NCBI GenBank assembly: GCA_937949725.1
Contig: CALECT010000017.1
Coordinates: 13,243 to 77,242, forward strand
Direction: 5' to 3'
DNA length: 64,000 bases
Source of the DNA: an uncultured Pseudanabaenaceae cyanobacterium
GTDB taxonomy: Bacteria > Cyanobacteriota > Cyanobacteriia > PCC-9006 > JAAUQQ01
Every line of letters starts with the position of its first letter. The first letter of the stretch is position 1. The notes under the pieces were generated by a model that saw only the letters and a list, made by a program, of their open reading frames with translations, ran no database searches and had not been told where the DNA came from. Shown here in pieces: positions 10,685 to 20,802 of this stretch. The translations under genes and the position numbers were made by a program.

Positions 10685-10738
10685 ATCCTAACATTGGATC
10701 CCAGCTAGAGAGCATTTCCCTAACCGAAGTTTGGGAAA
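10685..10738 (-). promoter_or_regulatory. Putative sir promoter: extended -10 plus upstream palindromic operator
   Basis: Minus-strand TGtTAGGAT at 10693-10685. Inverted repeat TTTCCCTAAC-CGAA-GTTTGGGAAA (9/10 match) at 10715-10738. Confidence 0.45.
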
Positions 10739-10776
10739 CGCAATCCAAACTCCAGTTCTAGGGAATTCCCCCCGCA

Positions 10777-11661
10777 TTATTGCCTTGTCACCGTTACTTC
10801 TAGGGCTGCTTGTTGGGGTTGTACTCCATTGCTGTCGATTACCCAAGTGGCTGATTCCAAGGTGATCTCATCTATCTGGGGCACAATGCCATAACTCTGT
10901 TGGAAGGCGCGGGTTTCGCCGGGGGCGAGCTGATCTTGGTGCAACGCCAGGGGAGCTTGGAATTGTCCAGCGGCCTGGCCGTCACTGTGACTATAGACCA
11001 GGGCGATCGCTGAAATCGGCTGCCGAGTGCGGTTGGTCACACAACCTGTCAGCAAATCCTCTCCTCCTTTGGATTCGAGCTGGAGATCGCTGAGCAAAAT
11101 GTCGGCACTACCAGGGGCTGCAACTTGACATTCTGCAGAGCTCACGGCAGCAATGGCGCTGCGGTTCATCTGAGAACGTCGATGCACCGGATCCTGTTCG
11201 GATAGACCGTCAGCCATGGCCAGGCTGGGGGAGGCTCCCTCGGCACTGGCTCGGCGTATTTGGCCCAGGGCTCCGTCCAAGCGCTTTTCATAGTCAATGA
11301 TTTTGGCCCGAGCTGAACTGTACATCGGACTGCCTTGGGGGATGGCCTTGAGGAAATTCAAGGCACGTTCCCAGCTCATGGCTGCTCGCTCCCAGTCGCC
11401 AGGGGTGCGAGCTCGATCTGCGGCATGTTGAGCATTGCCACCCAAAGCCACCGCCGCTTTATATAGCGCGTTAGGGTCGGGGAGGGTCGCAGCCTCCACC
11501 GCTGCGGTTTCTCCCAGAATGGCCCCATAGCCTCCCAAGCCTGAACTGTCGGATTCCCCCTCCTGTAGATGGCGAGATAACTTGGTTTCTTCACAGCCAC
11601 TCAGCAAAAAGAGGAGCGACCCTGATGCGATCGGCACCAAACGACGAAGGTTTAGCGTCAT
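10777..11661 (-). CDS. Putative lipoprotein with helical hairpin and C-terminal FxLYD-like Ig fold
   Basis: Lipobox LLFLLSG-C, helical motif DWERAAMSWERALNFLKAIP, C-terminal GCVTNRT...LAPGETRAF. Confidence 0.6.
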   Translation of the reverse strand: MTLNLRRLVPIASGSLLFLLSGCEETKLSRHLQEGESDSSGLGGYGAILGETAAVEAATLPDPNALYKAAVALGGNAQHAADRARTPGDWERAAMSWERALNFLKAIPQGSPMYSSARAKIIDYEKRLDGALGQIRRASAEGASPSLAMADGLSEQDPVHRRSQMNRSAIAAVSSAECQVAAPGSADILLSDLQLESKGGEDLLTGCVTNRTRQPISAIALVYSHSDGQAAGQFQAPLALHQDQLAPGETRAFQQSYGIVPQIDEITLESATWVIDSNGVQPQQAALEVTVTRQ

Positions 11662-12138
11662 AGATATTTATTCGTAAGCACAGCAATGTTTGAGTTGGCC
11701 ATGGGCCTGCGATGGCAAGGGGGAACCGCAAGGCTATAGCCTGTATGTGACCGGCGAATCACTAGACTTCAATGTTCCCGGACATTCCGCAAAAAATGCA
11801 GACTTGCTGAGGCAACAAAGCCTATCAGGATAGAAAAAAGATGATTTTTGAAAGAAGAGAAATTGTGCTGCGGAATATACTGATTTTGTTTACTAATTAT
11901 AGTTAACTGAAAAGCTATTTCTGCTTAGGAAATATTATGTGCTTCTCGCAAGCACAAGACTCTCCTAATCATTACGGCATAAGCGGTTTGGCCGAGCCTG
12001 AAGTCATGGTTTCATCTTTTACCGAGGTGATTCGGTTTACGTTGAATTGCTGTCGCCATTATCTTCTGACAGGAAGAATAAGATAGTGGGGCACAAAAAT
12101 AAAGATTCTATGAAATTGTTCGGATTGATGATCTGCTG

Positions 12139-13137
12139 TCAACTGAAAGACTTAAAAGCAGAGTCTTTAAAGCCACGCTGAAAGGCATTATTTTCTGCTC
12201 CATAGAAAATTTCCATGAGGATTTCTAAGGAGTCAACAAGTCTAGGTCCCGGTCGATTGAAATACTGATTTCCATCTGTGAGATAGACCTGATTGGATTG
12301 AACAGCCTTGAGCTGATGCCACCCAGGTTTTGAAGTGAGTGCTGTCATCTCTGCTGCTGTTTTATCTAGATCAAAACCGCAAGGCATGGTGACAATGATG
12401 TTCGGGTCCGCATCCAAGAGCCCTTGCCATTCCATCCAAGGGGAATGTTTGCCCACCTCACCAAAGAGATTTTCGCCTCCGGCTAGGTCCACTAACTCTG
12501 GCACCCAATTGCCCGCAGCCATCAGGGGTTCAATCCATTCAATGCATGCAACTTTGGGGCGTTTGGGGAATTGTTGCTCTGGGGTGCCAAAGGGCTGGGG
12601 CTGGAGCTGCTGCTTCACCAGGGTCTCGCAGCGGTCCACTCGGGTTTGGAGCCGGGCCAGGAGCGTTTCACCGGCTTGCTCGGCACCGAGGGCGGCCGCC
12701 ACTTGGATGATATCGGCCCAGAGATCTGCCAGGCGGTTGGGCTGGAGGGAAATAATTTGAGGTTGGGAGTCCACAAGGTTTGCAACGGCCTGTTGCACAT
12801 CGTCTAGGCTCACGGCGCAGACCTCACATTGGGCCTGGGTGAGGATGTGGGTGGGTTGAAGCTCCTGGAGCAACGCAGCGTCAACTTGATAGCAGCTGAG
12901 GGCAGATTGGAGGAGATCGGTAACGCGATCGTGGACTTCCTGGCTGGTGCCTTCGGGGTTAAATTTTGGCGCGGTGCAGGCGGGAAGTTTACCTACGGAG
13001 GCGGGGTAGTCGCATTCGTGGGAGCGCCCCACTAAAAACTCCCCCAGCCCCAGGGAGGCGACCAGTTCGGTCGCGCTGGGAATGAGGGAGATAATGCGCA
13101 GTCCTTGGGGTTGGCGTTGCAGAGAGAACTCAGGCAT
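12139..13137 (-). CDS. BtuF-like cobalamin/Fe-siderophore substrate-binding family protein
   Basis: RIISLIPSATE, VGRSHECDYP, TQAQCEVCAV, GNWVPELV, YFNRPGPRLVDSLEIL. Confidence 0.85.
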   Translation of the reverse strand: MPEFSLQRQPQGLRIISLIPSATELVASLGLGEFLVGRSHECDYPASVGKLPACTAPKFNPEGTSQEVHDRVTDLLQSALSCYQVDAALLQELQPTHILTQAQCEVCAVSLDDVQQAVANLVDSQPQIISLQPNRLADLWADIIQVAAALGAEQAGETLLARLQTRVDRCETLVKQQLQPQPFGTPEQQFPKRPKVACIEWIEPLMAAGNWVPELVDLAGGENLFGEVGKHSPWMEWQGLLDADPNIIVTMPCGFDLDKTAAEMTALTSKPGWHQLKAVQSNQVYLTDGNQYFNRPGPRLVDSLEILMEIFYGAENNAFQRGFKDSAFKSFS

Positions 13138-13304
13138 GGTTCTGGCTCGGCGGCGCTTCCGCCGGTTGAGACTGTTTCTTGGGGGTGTGGGATGGGGATT
13201 GAATCAAATGGCTGACGTCTGAAACCTTGCTGGACATGGCATTGACATGTCCCTACGGCAAAATCAAAAGACGGCGGCATCAAATCTGATTCGGACCCCA
13301 TTCA

Positions 13305-14396
13305 TTAGGACTGGCAGCTGCTGGGGGGCAGCACTGGACCGAGGTTGATTTTGCTAAAGGTGGAGAGGTCTAGGAGGGCGCTGCTGTAGAAGGGCTTGTC
13401 GTTGACAACGCGGGTGCGGCGGACGCGCAGGAAGTCGCTGCTGCCCAGGCTACGGAAGTCTTCACCCAGATCCAAGGCTTCATCGGTGTAGGGGTAGGCA
13501 AAACCGGAGACGGTGCTGTTGTTGCCCTGGCCGAAGACGCAGTGGGAGCTGTCGCTGTCGATGTAGGCGAAGTTGCCCGTGATGCGATCGCCCGTCTTAT
13601 TGAAGATAAACAGCGCACCGCCGTCCTTCAGCAATTGCTCATCGCTGACGGTTTCACCCTGAGCCTTACCGTTCCAAAGGCGATAGTTGCCATCGGGGAG
13701 CTGGGCGATGTTGATGGGATTTTGGCGAGGGCTGGAAGTTGCAACAGTGGTCGCAGGAGCCGTCGTTGCAGGGGCCGTCGTTGCGGGAGTTGCGGCTGCA
13801 GGTGTAGCAGCAGTGGGAGCCCCTACCGGATCCGTGACCAGTGTAGGAGTGCCGGTATCCTCGACGCCGCCATTGGCTGGGGCCACTGCTGGGTTGCTAG
13901 GCACATCCCGAGGGGCAATGGGTGCACTGGTGGCAGGCACTTGGCGCACAGGGAGAGCAGCTTGCTCTGGAGGGGCTTCCCCGGCAATGTCATTGCTCCA
14001 GCAGGAGAGGGAATTGTTGACGGTGCCGAAACCGTTGGCGGAGGGGTAGCCGATGAGGTCGTTGTAGTACTCGGGATTTTCCAGCAAGACGCGCTTGGCG
14101 GCGTCTAGACCGGTGTTTTCCAGGGTGATTTCCCGTTTGGGAGACACAACAACAACGGAAGGCCCCCGGTTGGAGCGGGAGGGGATTTCCTGGTAGGTGA
14201 AGGTTGTGTCGCCGTTGATCTCGTTGATCGTGATGGCTGCGCGATCGCCCAAGGGATTGCTTTTGCCCGAAGCGGGGTCAAAAGAGCAGCTTTGAGTGGG
14301 GACATTGCTAGCCTGGGCCATACCTATGGCCCCCATAGAGAGTAGGGGGGCGATGGCCAAGGCAAACCATGCCGGGGTCAGTCGTTGGCTAAGCAT
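13305..14396 (-). CDS. Secreted hypothetical protein with Pro/Ala/Thr-rich linker
   Basis: Signal peptide ending AQA, two globular regions joined by PTAATPAAATPATTAPATTAPATT. Confidence 0.7.
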   Translation of the reverse strand: MLSQRLTPAWFALAIAPLLSMGAIGMAQASNVPTQSCSFDPASGKSNPLGDRAAITINEINGDTTFTYQEIPSRSNRGPSVVVVSPKREITLENTGLDAAKRVLLENPEYYNDLIGYPSANGFGTVNNSLSCWSNDIAGEAPPEQAALPVRQVPATSAPIAPRDVPSNPAVAPANGGVEDTGTPTLVTDPVGAPTAATPAAATPATTAPATTAPATTVATSSPRQNPINIAQLPDGNYRLWNGKAQGETVSDEQLLKDGGALFIFNKTGDRITGNFAYIDSDSSHCVFGQGNNSTVSGFAYPYTDEALDLGEDFRSLGSSDFLRVRRTRVVNDKPFYSSALLDLSTFSKINLGPVLPPSSCQS

Positions 14397-14978
14397 GGAA
14401 GTTCTCCTCTAGGGCACAAACACAACACAAATTAAAAACGAGCGATCAACCGTCAGGACTGTATTACTCATCCCACCGGAGGTCGGTCTTCCCATTGTAG
14501 TGAGACGAGCGGGGAACAGTTTTGCTCCCGCGAAGCACTAACTACTGCAAATTCACAAGCAATTGTTCCGGAAAAGTACGGTCTTTACCAGATGCTCATA
14601 ATTTACCGTCCTGCCATAAATACTGTCATCTTTGAATACTGTCCGGGCGCAAGTGAACTTTTTATCAATGTTTCAAGTCTTTAGGGGCTGCTAGTTCGGC
14701 TCGACTGGCTGCTGGGATGAACCTTCCTCGTGGCAAGACTTATAGCATTCGTGAGGGGCGAGAGCCTCGGCAGCTTTCTCTGTGAGTCAATAAAATATTG
14801 ACGTAACGGAGTTACGGCTTTGCCCAGGTGATTGCTATAGATGCGGTCTCTCGGTGATTGCTCCGTCGATTGTTTGTCGGAGCCATACCAGTGAAGTCTT
14901 GGCCTAAGTGGCATCACCCGCTACTGTTTAGTCGCTCGCTGGTCACATCTACAATGTTGTTTCTAGAACGATTCTCTT

Positions 14979-15965
14979 TTGAGCAACCCGCCCTCCTCTA
15001 ATTCTGAGGTTGATTCCCAGTCCCAGCAAGCTTCGCCTGTTGAGGAGCGATCTGCACCAGTGAAGAAAGCGGTGGATCGTTTCATCGGCCGTTTTTTGCT
15101 GCGTTCAATTTTGCTGGTGGTGACAGCGGCAACGTTGCTGGATATATATGAGTGGCGTTATGGCGAGTTGAATATTTTTGAGCCAAAGGGGGAGGCGAGT
15201 AAGCCGATTCCATTGGCAATGGATGGGGGAGACCCTTATCTGCGGGCGCTGATGCGGACGATTTCTGCGAGTGAGTCGAATGTGCCTCGGCCCTATTCAG
15301 TCATTTATGGCGGGGAGTATTTTCGGGGGTGGAATTCCCATCCTGATGATTGTGTCTATATCCCGGTAGGGCCAAATACGGGGAATTGTTCGACGGCAGC
15401 AGGGCGGTATCAGTTCATCACGACGACTTGGGAGGAGCAGGCGCGGAAGTATCATCCCCATCAGCCTAAGGTTTTGTTTTGGCGACCTTATCCATTTGAT
15501 CCAACATCTCAGGATGTGGTGCTGCATCGCTGGCTGGAAGATAACTATGAGTGGGGCGTGGATTTATCCCAGCTTTTGCGGGAAGGCCAGGTTGAGCAGG
15601 TGTTGAAGATCCTGTCGCCGACTTGGACGAGTCTGGGCTACGGGATTGAGACAAACAGTATGTCAGCTTATTTGCCCAATATTTATTGGGAGATGTTGGA
15701 TGAGGAGTTGGCAGCGTTAGCCCCGGTAGAACCGGTGGAGGTTCAGCCCTCTACAACGGGGAATTTTGGCCCAGGTGAGTCTGGGCTAGGTGAGCCAGTG
15801 CAGACCTATGCGGAGGATTGGGAGAGTGAGTCAGAAGCGGGGGATGAGTTGGAGAATTCTGAGTCAGTGGTTTCAGATGGGTCTGAAGCTGAGACTTTAC
15901 GGGATGGGTTAGCCGAGATTGCTGGAGGCTCACGGAAGTTGGTAGAGGCTTTATTGGGCAGATAA
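14979..15965 (+). CDS. Membrane-anchored lambda-lysozyme-like muramidase (GH24/GH104-like) with acidic tail
   Basis: ALMRTISASE (catalytic Glu), YSVIYGG, STAAGRYQFITTTW, LSPTWTSL, plus an N-terminal TM segment. Confidence 0.85.
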   Translation: MSNPPSSNSEVDSQSQQASPVEERSAPVKKAVDRFIGRFLLRSILLVVTAATLLDIYEWRYGELNIFEPKGEASKPIPLAMDGGDPYLRALMRTISASESNVPRPYSVIYGGEYFRGWNSHPDDCVYIPVGPNTGNCSTAAGRYQFITTTWEEQARKYHPHQPKVLFWRPYPFDPTSQDVVLHRWLEDNYEWGVDLSQLLREGQVEQVLKILSPTWTSLGYGIETNSMSAYLPNIYWEMLDEELAALAPVEPVEVQPSTTGNFGPGESGLGEPVQTYAEDWESESEAGDELENSESVVSDGSEAETLRDGLAEIAGGSRKLVEALLGR

Positions 15966-16015
15966 CATAGACGTTTTACTGTCCTTAACCAACCGTCAGA
16001 GTGACCGAACGCTTG

Positions 16016-18277
16016 CTATCCCTGAGTTTCCAGAGCAGCTCCCATATATTCTCCCCACAGGTAGGCTGCATTACCGCTGCTGCCACTGGTAGGGCTGTTG
16101 TCATCATTGCCTAGCCAAACACCAGTGACCAATTGCTGGTTGGGCAGATAGCCCACAAACCAAAGATCCACCGCGTCATTGGTCGTGCCAGTTTTTCCCG
16201 CAACGCCTTGCCCCGGCAAGGATGCGCCTCGGCCCGTGCCACTGGCTACGCCCTGTTGGAGCATTTGGGTCATGGTGTTCGCTACCTCAGGGCGGATGAC
16301 TTGGCGGTTCTGGCCCGGCGTCTGGCTAAAGTCGTAGACCAAGCGGCAGGTCTGGTAGCTGTTGGGATCGTCACATTGATTGCTATCGAAAATACGGGTA
16401 ATCGCGTGGGGCTTGCTGTAGCTGCCGCCGTTGGCTAGGACAGAGTAGGCACTCACCATTTCCAGGGGGCGTACTTCGCTTTGACCCAGGACTAAGCCTG
16501 GCACTGGGTTTAAGTCTGCAGTGATGCCCATTTTCTGAGCCGTGGCGGCAACGGCTTCTAAGCCAGCTTCCTTGGCGATACGCAGAGCAACGGCATTTTC
16601 GGATTGGGCTAGACCGCGAAACATGTCGATATTGCCACCGCTGCGTTCACAGCCGCTGTAGCCCTGCCCTCCCCAGTTGAGAGGAGCACAGGAAAAAGTT
16701 TGTCTTGCGGAAATCCCTTTTTCGAGTGCAGCGGCGTAGGCAAAGGCTTTGAAGGTGGAGCCGGGTTGCCGCAGAGCTTGGATCGCTCGGTTGAACTGGC
16801 TTTCGGAGTAATCAACGCCACCCACGAGGGCGACGATCGCCCCATTACTCGCATCCATCGTTACCACTGCTCCTTGGGAAAAGCCATAACGCGACCCTTC
16901 TGCTTGGACCGTTTTACGCAGACTTGACTCGGCCAAATTTTGCAGAGCGAGGTTCAGCTCCGTTTCAATCACAAAATTGCCTTCTCTGGCTGTCTGGTTT
17001 CCCAGCAACGTCTCTAGCTCGTCAAGAATTTGCCCGTAGAAATAGGGCGACAGGGTATTGTTGGTTGCTTGACAGACGCCTGTATCAATAACGATGGGAG
17101 ATCGCCGTCCCGCGCTGGCTTCTTCTGGACTAATCATGTCCAGTTCCACCATGCGATTAATCACCCGATTGCGCAGATTCCGAGCAGTCTCCATATCGCT
17201 GCAAGGGCTGAATCCATTGGGGGAAGGGAGAATGCCCACCAGGGTCGCCGATTCCGAGAGGGTGAGGTCGGCAGCGGACTTGTTGAAATACTTTTGGGCT
17301 GCATCTTCAAAGCCATAGCCCACGCCCAAGTACACCCGGTTCATGTAGGTCTTGAGCAAAAAATCCTTGCTGTAGAAGGTTTCCAGCTTCATCGCTACGA
17401 GAATCTCCTTGATTTTCCGGCTGGCGGAATCATCTTGGCCCACATAGTCGGGGTAGAGGCTGCGGGCAATCTGCTGGGTGACGGTGCTGGCCCCTTCTCG
17501 AATGCTGCCACTCTTGAGATTGATCAACATGGCAGAGGCGACGCGCACCGGGTCAAAGCCCACATGCCAGTAGTAGCGGGAATCCTCTGAAGCAACGATC
17601 GCCTTAGGCAAGTAGGACGAAAAGTCCGAAATTTTATCCAATTCCCGGTGGGAGTCACTGCGCAGGGTTTGCAGCGGCGTACCGTCTCCGGCATAGGCGG
17701 CAATGGGGCCTTGCACCGTACCGAGCTGTTTGACGGAAAAGTTACGCCATTCCAGGGCAATCAGCCCTGCACCCAGCGCCACAAAACCCACTGCACCGTA
17801 GATGCAGCCCTTGAACAGTCGCTGATACCAGGCGGGCGGGTTGATGTAGCGCAGTTGCACACCATTGGCTAGCTCCGGTGGGCCGAGGCTAATGATGTCT
17901 TTGTGTTGGAGTTCGAGGCGGTTGTAGCGTTTCTTTTTCCAATAAAAGCCGTTGGTGGAGCCCTCGTCCTTGATCATAAAGCCGGTGCCCTTGCGGCGGC
18001 TGCGATTGAGTGAGACGTGGACCTGGCTGACGATTGGGTTGCTGACGGTGATGTCGCAGGCACTGGAGCTGCGGCCAATTAAGTAGCGATCGCCCACCAG
18101 TGGAAAGCTACGTTGACTTTCTTTGTCCTCTCCATCCTCAATGCGCACCTCCGGCACCCTGGCATTGCGCCGCAGCTCCACCTTGGAGAAAGCCATTTGG
18201 GTCTGCGCCTGCTTCACCAGTTGGGTGATGGAACCCAGGAGTGTTTTCGGTTTTTTGGGGGGAGGCGTTTGGCTCAT
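16016..18277 (-). CDS. Class A penicillin-binding protein (PBP1A) with N-terminal FHA domain
   Basis: FHA (IGRS..VSQVH..GSTNG), TM segment, transglycosylase (EDSRYYWH, GASTVTQQIAR, RKIKE), transpeptidase (GSTFK, SEN, KTGT). Confidence 0.93.
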   Translation of the reverse strand: MSQTPPPKKPKTLLGSITQLVKQAQTQMAFSKVELRRNARVPEVRIEDGEDKESQRSFPLVGDRYLIGRSSSACDITVSNPIVSQVHVSLNRSRRKGTGFMIKDEGSTNGFYWKKKRYNRLELQHKDIISLGPPELANGVQLRYINPPAWYQRLFKGCIYGAVGFVALGAGLIALEWRNFSVKQLGTVQGPIAAYAGDGTPLQTLRSDSHRELDKISDFSSYLPKAIVASEDSRYYWHVGFDPVRVASAMLINLKSGSIREGASTVTQQIARSLYPDYVGQDDSASRKIKEILVAMKLETFYSKDFLLKTYMNRVYLGVGYGFEDAAQKYFNKSAADLTLSESATLVGILPSPNGFSPCSDMETARNLRNRVINRMVELDMISPEEASAGRRSPIVIDTGVCQATNNTLSPYFYGQILDELETLLGNQTAREGNFVIETELNLALQNLAESSLRKTVQAEGSRYGFSQGAVVTMDASNGAIVALVGGVDYSESQFNRAIQALRQPGSTFKAFAYAAALEKGISARQTFSCAPLNWGGQGYSGCERSGGNIDMFRGLAQSENAVALRIAKEAGLEAVAATAQKMGITADLNPVPGLVLGQSEVRPLEMVSAYSVLANGGSYSKPHAITRIFDSNQCDDPNSYQTCRLVYDFSQTPGQNRQVIRPEVANTMTQMLQQGVASGTGRGASLPGQGVAGKTGTTNDAVDLWFVGYLPNQQLVTGVWLGNDDNSPTSGSSGNAAYLWGEYMGAALETQG

Positions 18278-18422
18278 CAGGGCTGGGGGAGATGCGGGCT
18301 CTGGCCGATTTATTTTAGTCCCTGGCGCTTAAAACCGTGTCCGGTGTCGCCAAGTATTAAGTGGATTCACGGGGATGTCGCGGCATTTCGGGAAAACATC
18401 GTTGGCATTTCGTGGGGGCTCT

Positions 18423-18464
18423 AAACAGAAGATGCGCTGTCCATGGACAGCGCATCTTCTGTTT
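18423..18464. repeat. Perfect 42-bp palindrome between ABC1 kinase and PBP1A genes
   Basis: AAACAGAAGATGCGCTGTCCA|TGGACAGCGCATCTTCTGTTT with no spacer. Probably a terminator or RNA-stabilising hairpin. Confidence 0.8.
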
Positions 18465-18487
18465 CTGCGTTGAAAATATGGCTGGCT

Positions 18488-20563
18488 TTACTGGGCCTGG
18501 GCTAACTCTTGGGCATTGTTGGTTTTAGGCTCGTTAGCTAGCAGGATCTCTCGCACAAACCGAGCGGCGGCTTTTTGGGCCAAACTACCTGCCACCTTTT
18601 GTCCCATGGTTTGTAGCTCAGGCTTGGCCAAGAGCTTGGGGACAATGGGCAATACCTTCATGGGGTCAAAGCCCTGGCTGTCTCGCAGAATGGCCAGGAT
18701 GCGTTGAATTCGTTCTAGGCTTTCGGCTTCTGCACTTTGGGTGGCATTAGCGGCGATCGCTGAATGCTTGGATGCCGCAGCGGTTTTGGGTTTGCCAAAG
18801 CCAAATGGATTGAAGCGATCTTGCCAGTTTTGGGTGAATTGGGTGACGGTGTTGCGACCCAAAGCATCAATGCTGTTGACCAGCTCGTCCACGAGGCGAT
18901 CGCGAATAAAGGCTCCTCGTTCAGAATCCAAAAACTCCAGGGTTTGGTCCACCACGACTTCCATGTCATAGGCTTCTCCACCACTCCGAGCATTGGTGAG
19001 CAAATTCTCCAGACGATTCCAGCGGAACTCCCCATCCTTAAATAGCAAGTCTTGCAGAGAGGCCCGCAATTGAGGGGCGGGGTCTGTCAGCAAACGCTTG
19101 GAAATATAGGGATAGGCCTTGCTCAAGACCTTGAACTCTGGGTCCACATTGATAGCAATGCCTTCTAGGGTCACCAGGGAGCGAATGATCAGGGCGTAGT
19201 AGGCAGGCACCCGGAAGGGATATTCATACATCAGCGCCGAGAGCTGATCGGTCATGCTCTTGAAGTTCAGCTCTGCCACGCTGCTGCCCAAGGCGTTGTT
19301 AAAGACCTCGGCCAGGGCTGGAATGATCGGTGTCAGATCCGTATCGGGGGTGAGGAAATCTAGCTTGATGTAGTCCTGGCCCAAGCCCTCAAAGTCGCGA
19401 TTGACCAGGTGAACCACAGCTTCGATCAGGCCGTAGCGCTGGTAGGGCTGGATCTCGCTCATCATGCCGAAGTCTAGATAGGCCAAGCGACCATCGGGCA
19501 TGGCTAGTAAGTTACCGGGGTGGGGGTCAGCATGGAAAAAGCCATGCTCCAGCAACTGGCGCAGGGAGCATTGCACTCCAATTTCGATCAGGTGGGTGGG
19601 GTCCATGCCCCGAGACTTAATCGTCTCAATCTCGGTCAACTTGTAGCCCGTGATCCATTCCATGGTCAGCACGCGGCGACCGGTGTAGTCCCAGTAGATG
19701 CTGGGCACATAAATTTCCGGCAGGTAGCTGTACAGCTCGTTGAAACGCTCAGCGTTGCGGCCTTCCTGGCTGTAGTCCATCTCGTCGAAAATGCGCTCAC
19801 CGAACTCGTCGGCGATCGCCACCAGGTCACTCTTAAGCTTGTCCCCTCGGGTATTCATCAACCAAGTGGCAATGCCATGGAGGATGTAGAGATCCAGCGT
19901 GATGCCTTCGGCCAAACCGGGGCGCTGAACCTTCACCGCCACATCTTCACCAGTCTTGAGCTTGCCCTTATAAACCTGGCCCAGGGAAGCAGCGGAAACG
20001 GGCTCGGGGGTTAGCTCTGCATAGATATCACGAGGGTGAGCCCCCAGCTCTTCTTCAATGAAACGGAAAGCAATTTCGTTTGGGAAAGCGGGCAGTTGGT
20101 CCTGGAGCCGGGTCATCTCTTCTAGATAGACCGGGGGCAGCAGGTCAGGGCGGGTTGACAAAGCCTGGCCAATCTTAATAAATGCCGGTCCGAGATTGGT
20201 CAAGACCTCCCGCATGCGCACCGCTCGCTTGCGCTCATTGCGTTTAATACTGCCGGTTTGGCGGTCCCACAGCAGCGCTAGGCCCAGAGTTGCGATAGGC
20301 CAGACGACGCCAATGCAGCGCCCGATGACCTGTAGGAATTTATTTTTGTAAAAGCTGGCAATAATCGCCGGGTCGTAATGCCCCAGGAGATCCTCAACCC
20401 CATTGATGTCTCGAACTTCAGGACGGGGACGTGGTGGGGGAGCTTGAGTCCGTCCTGGCTGAGGTGGAGAACTGGAACGACTCGGTAGCGTAGGGATAGG
20501 AGTCTGAGTTGCCTCCCCCCGAGCATTGGCTATCGATGAAATGGGTCTTGTTTCGATGACCAT
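18488..20563 (-). CDS. AarF/ABC1/UbiB atypical kinase
   Basis: LGPAFIKIGQALSTRPD, AASLGQVY, VAVKVQRP, FFHADPHPGN, LDFGM. ATG 20563 preferred over the upstream TTG. Confidence 0.93.
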   Translation of the reverse strand: MVIETRPISSIANARGEATQTPIPTLPSRSSSPPQPGRTQAPPPRPRPEVRDINGVEDLLGHYDPAIIASFYKNKFLQVIGRCIGVVWPIATLGLALLWDRQTGSIKRNERKRAVRMREVLTNLGPAFIKIGQALSTRPDLLPPVYLEEMTRLQDQLPAFPNEIAFRFIEEELGAHPRDIYAELTPEPVSAASLGQVYKGKLKTGEDVAVKVQRPGLAEGITLDLYILHGIATWLMNTRGDKLKSDLVAIADEFGERIFDEMDYSQEGRNAERFNELYSYLPEIYVPSIYWDYTGRRVLTMEWITGYKLTEIETIKSRGMDPTHLIEIGVQCSLRQLLEHGFFHADPHPGNLLAMPDGRLAYLDFGMMSEIQPYQRYGLIEAVVHLVNRDFEGLGQDYIKLDFLTPDTDLTPIIPALAEVFNNALGSSVAELNFKSMTDQLSALMYEYPFRVPAYYALIIRSLVTLEGIAINVDPEFKVLSKAYPYISKRLLTDPAPQLRASLQDLLFKDGEFRWNRLENLLTNARSGGEAYDMEVVVDQTLEFLDSERGAFIRDRLVDELVNSIDALGRNTVTQFTQNWQDRFNPFGFGKPKTAAASKHSAIAANATQSAEAESLERIQRILAILRDSQGFDPMKVLPIVPKLLAKPELQTMGQKVAGSLAQKAAARFVREILLANEPKTNNAQELAQAQ

Positions 20564-20802
20564 GTTGGGGAGGAATGCAGAAAAGAAAGCGAAGGTGATG
20601 CCCTTCTTAAAACAGTGTAACAATTTGCATTGAATTCGCTCAATTTTAGCTCTAGTCTCCTTCTATGGGTAGAAATGACAATACAAGAGTATTATTTTGG
20701 TGGCTATAGTAGATCGCTTGAACTGGTCTTCGTGCTTCAGTGAATGACCTGCGATCGCTGCCTAACCCCAAATTCCTTGTGGATGAGATTCCCCCGTCAC
20801 CC

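Noticed and set aside
11662..12138. Riboswitch or ncRNA in the AT-rich intergenic region
   Set aside because: Compared by eye with c-di-GMP and glutamine riboswitch patterns with no match. Likely promoter DNA; an Rfam scan would settle it.
13138..13304. Cobalamin riboswitch upstream of the BtuF-like gene
   Set aside because: No recognisable B12-box motifs, only a REP-like hairpin remnant.
14979..15965. Prophage remnant (endolysin)
   Set aside because: No holin, integrase or structural genes nearby, and flanking genes are chromosomal.
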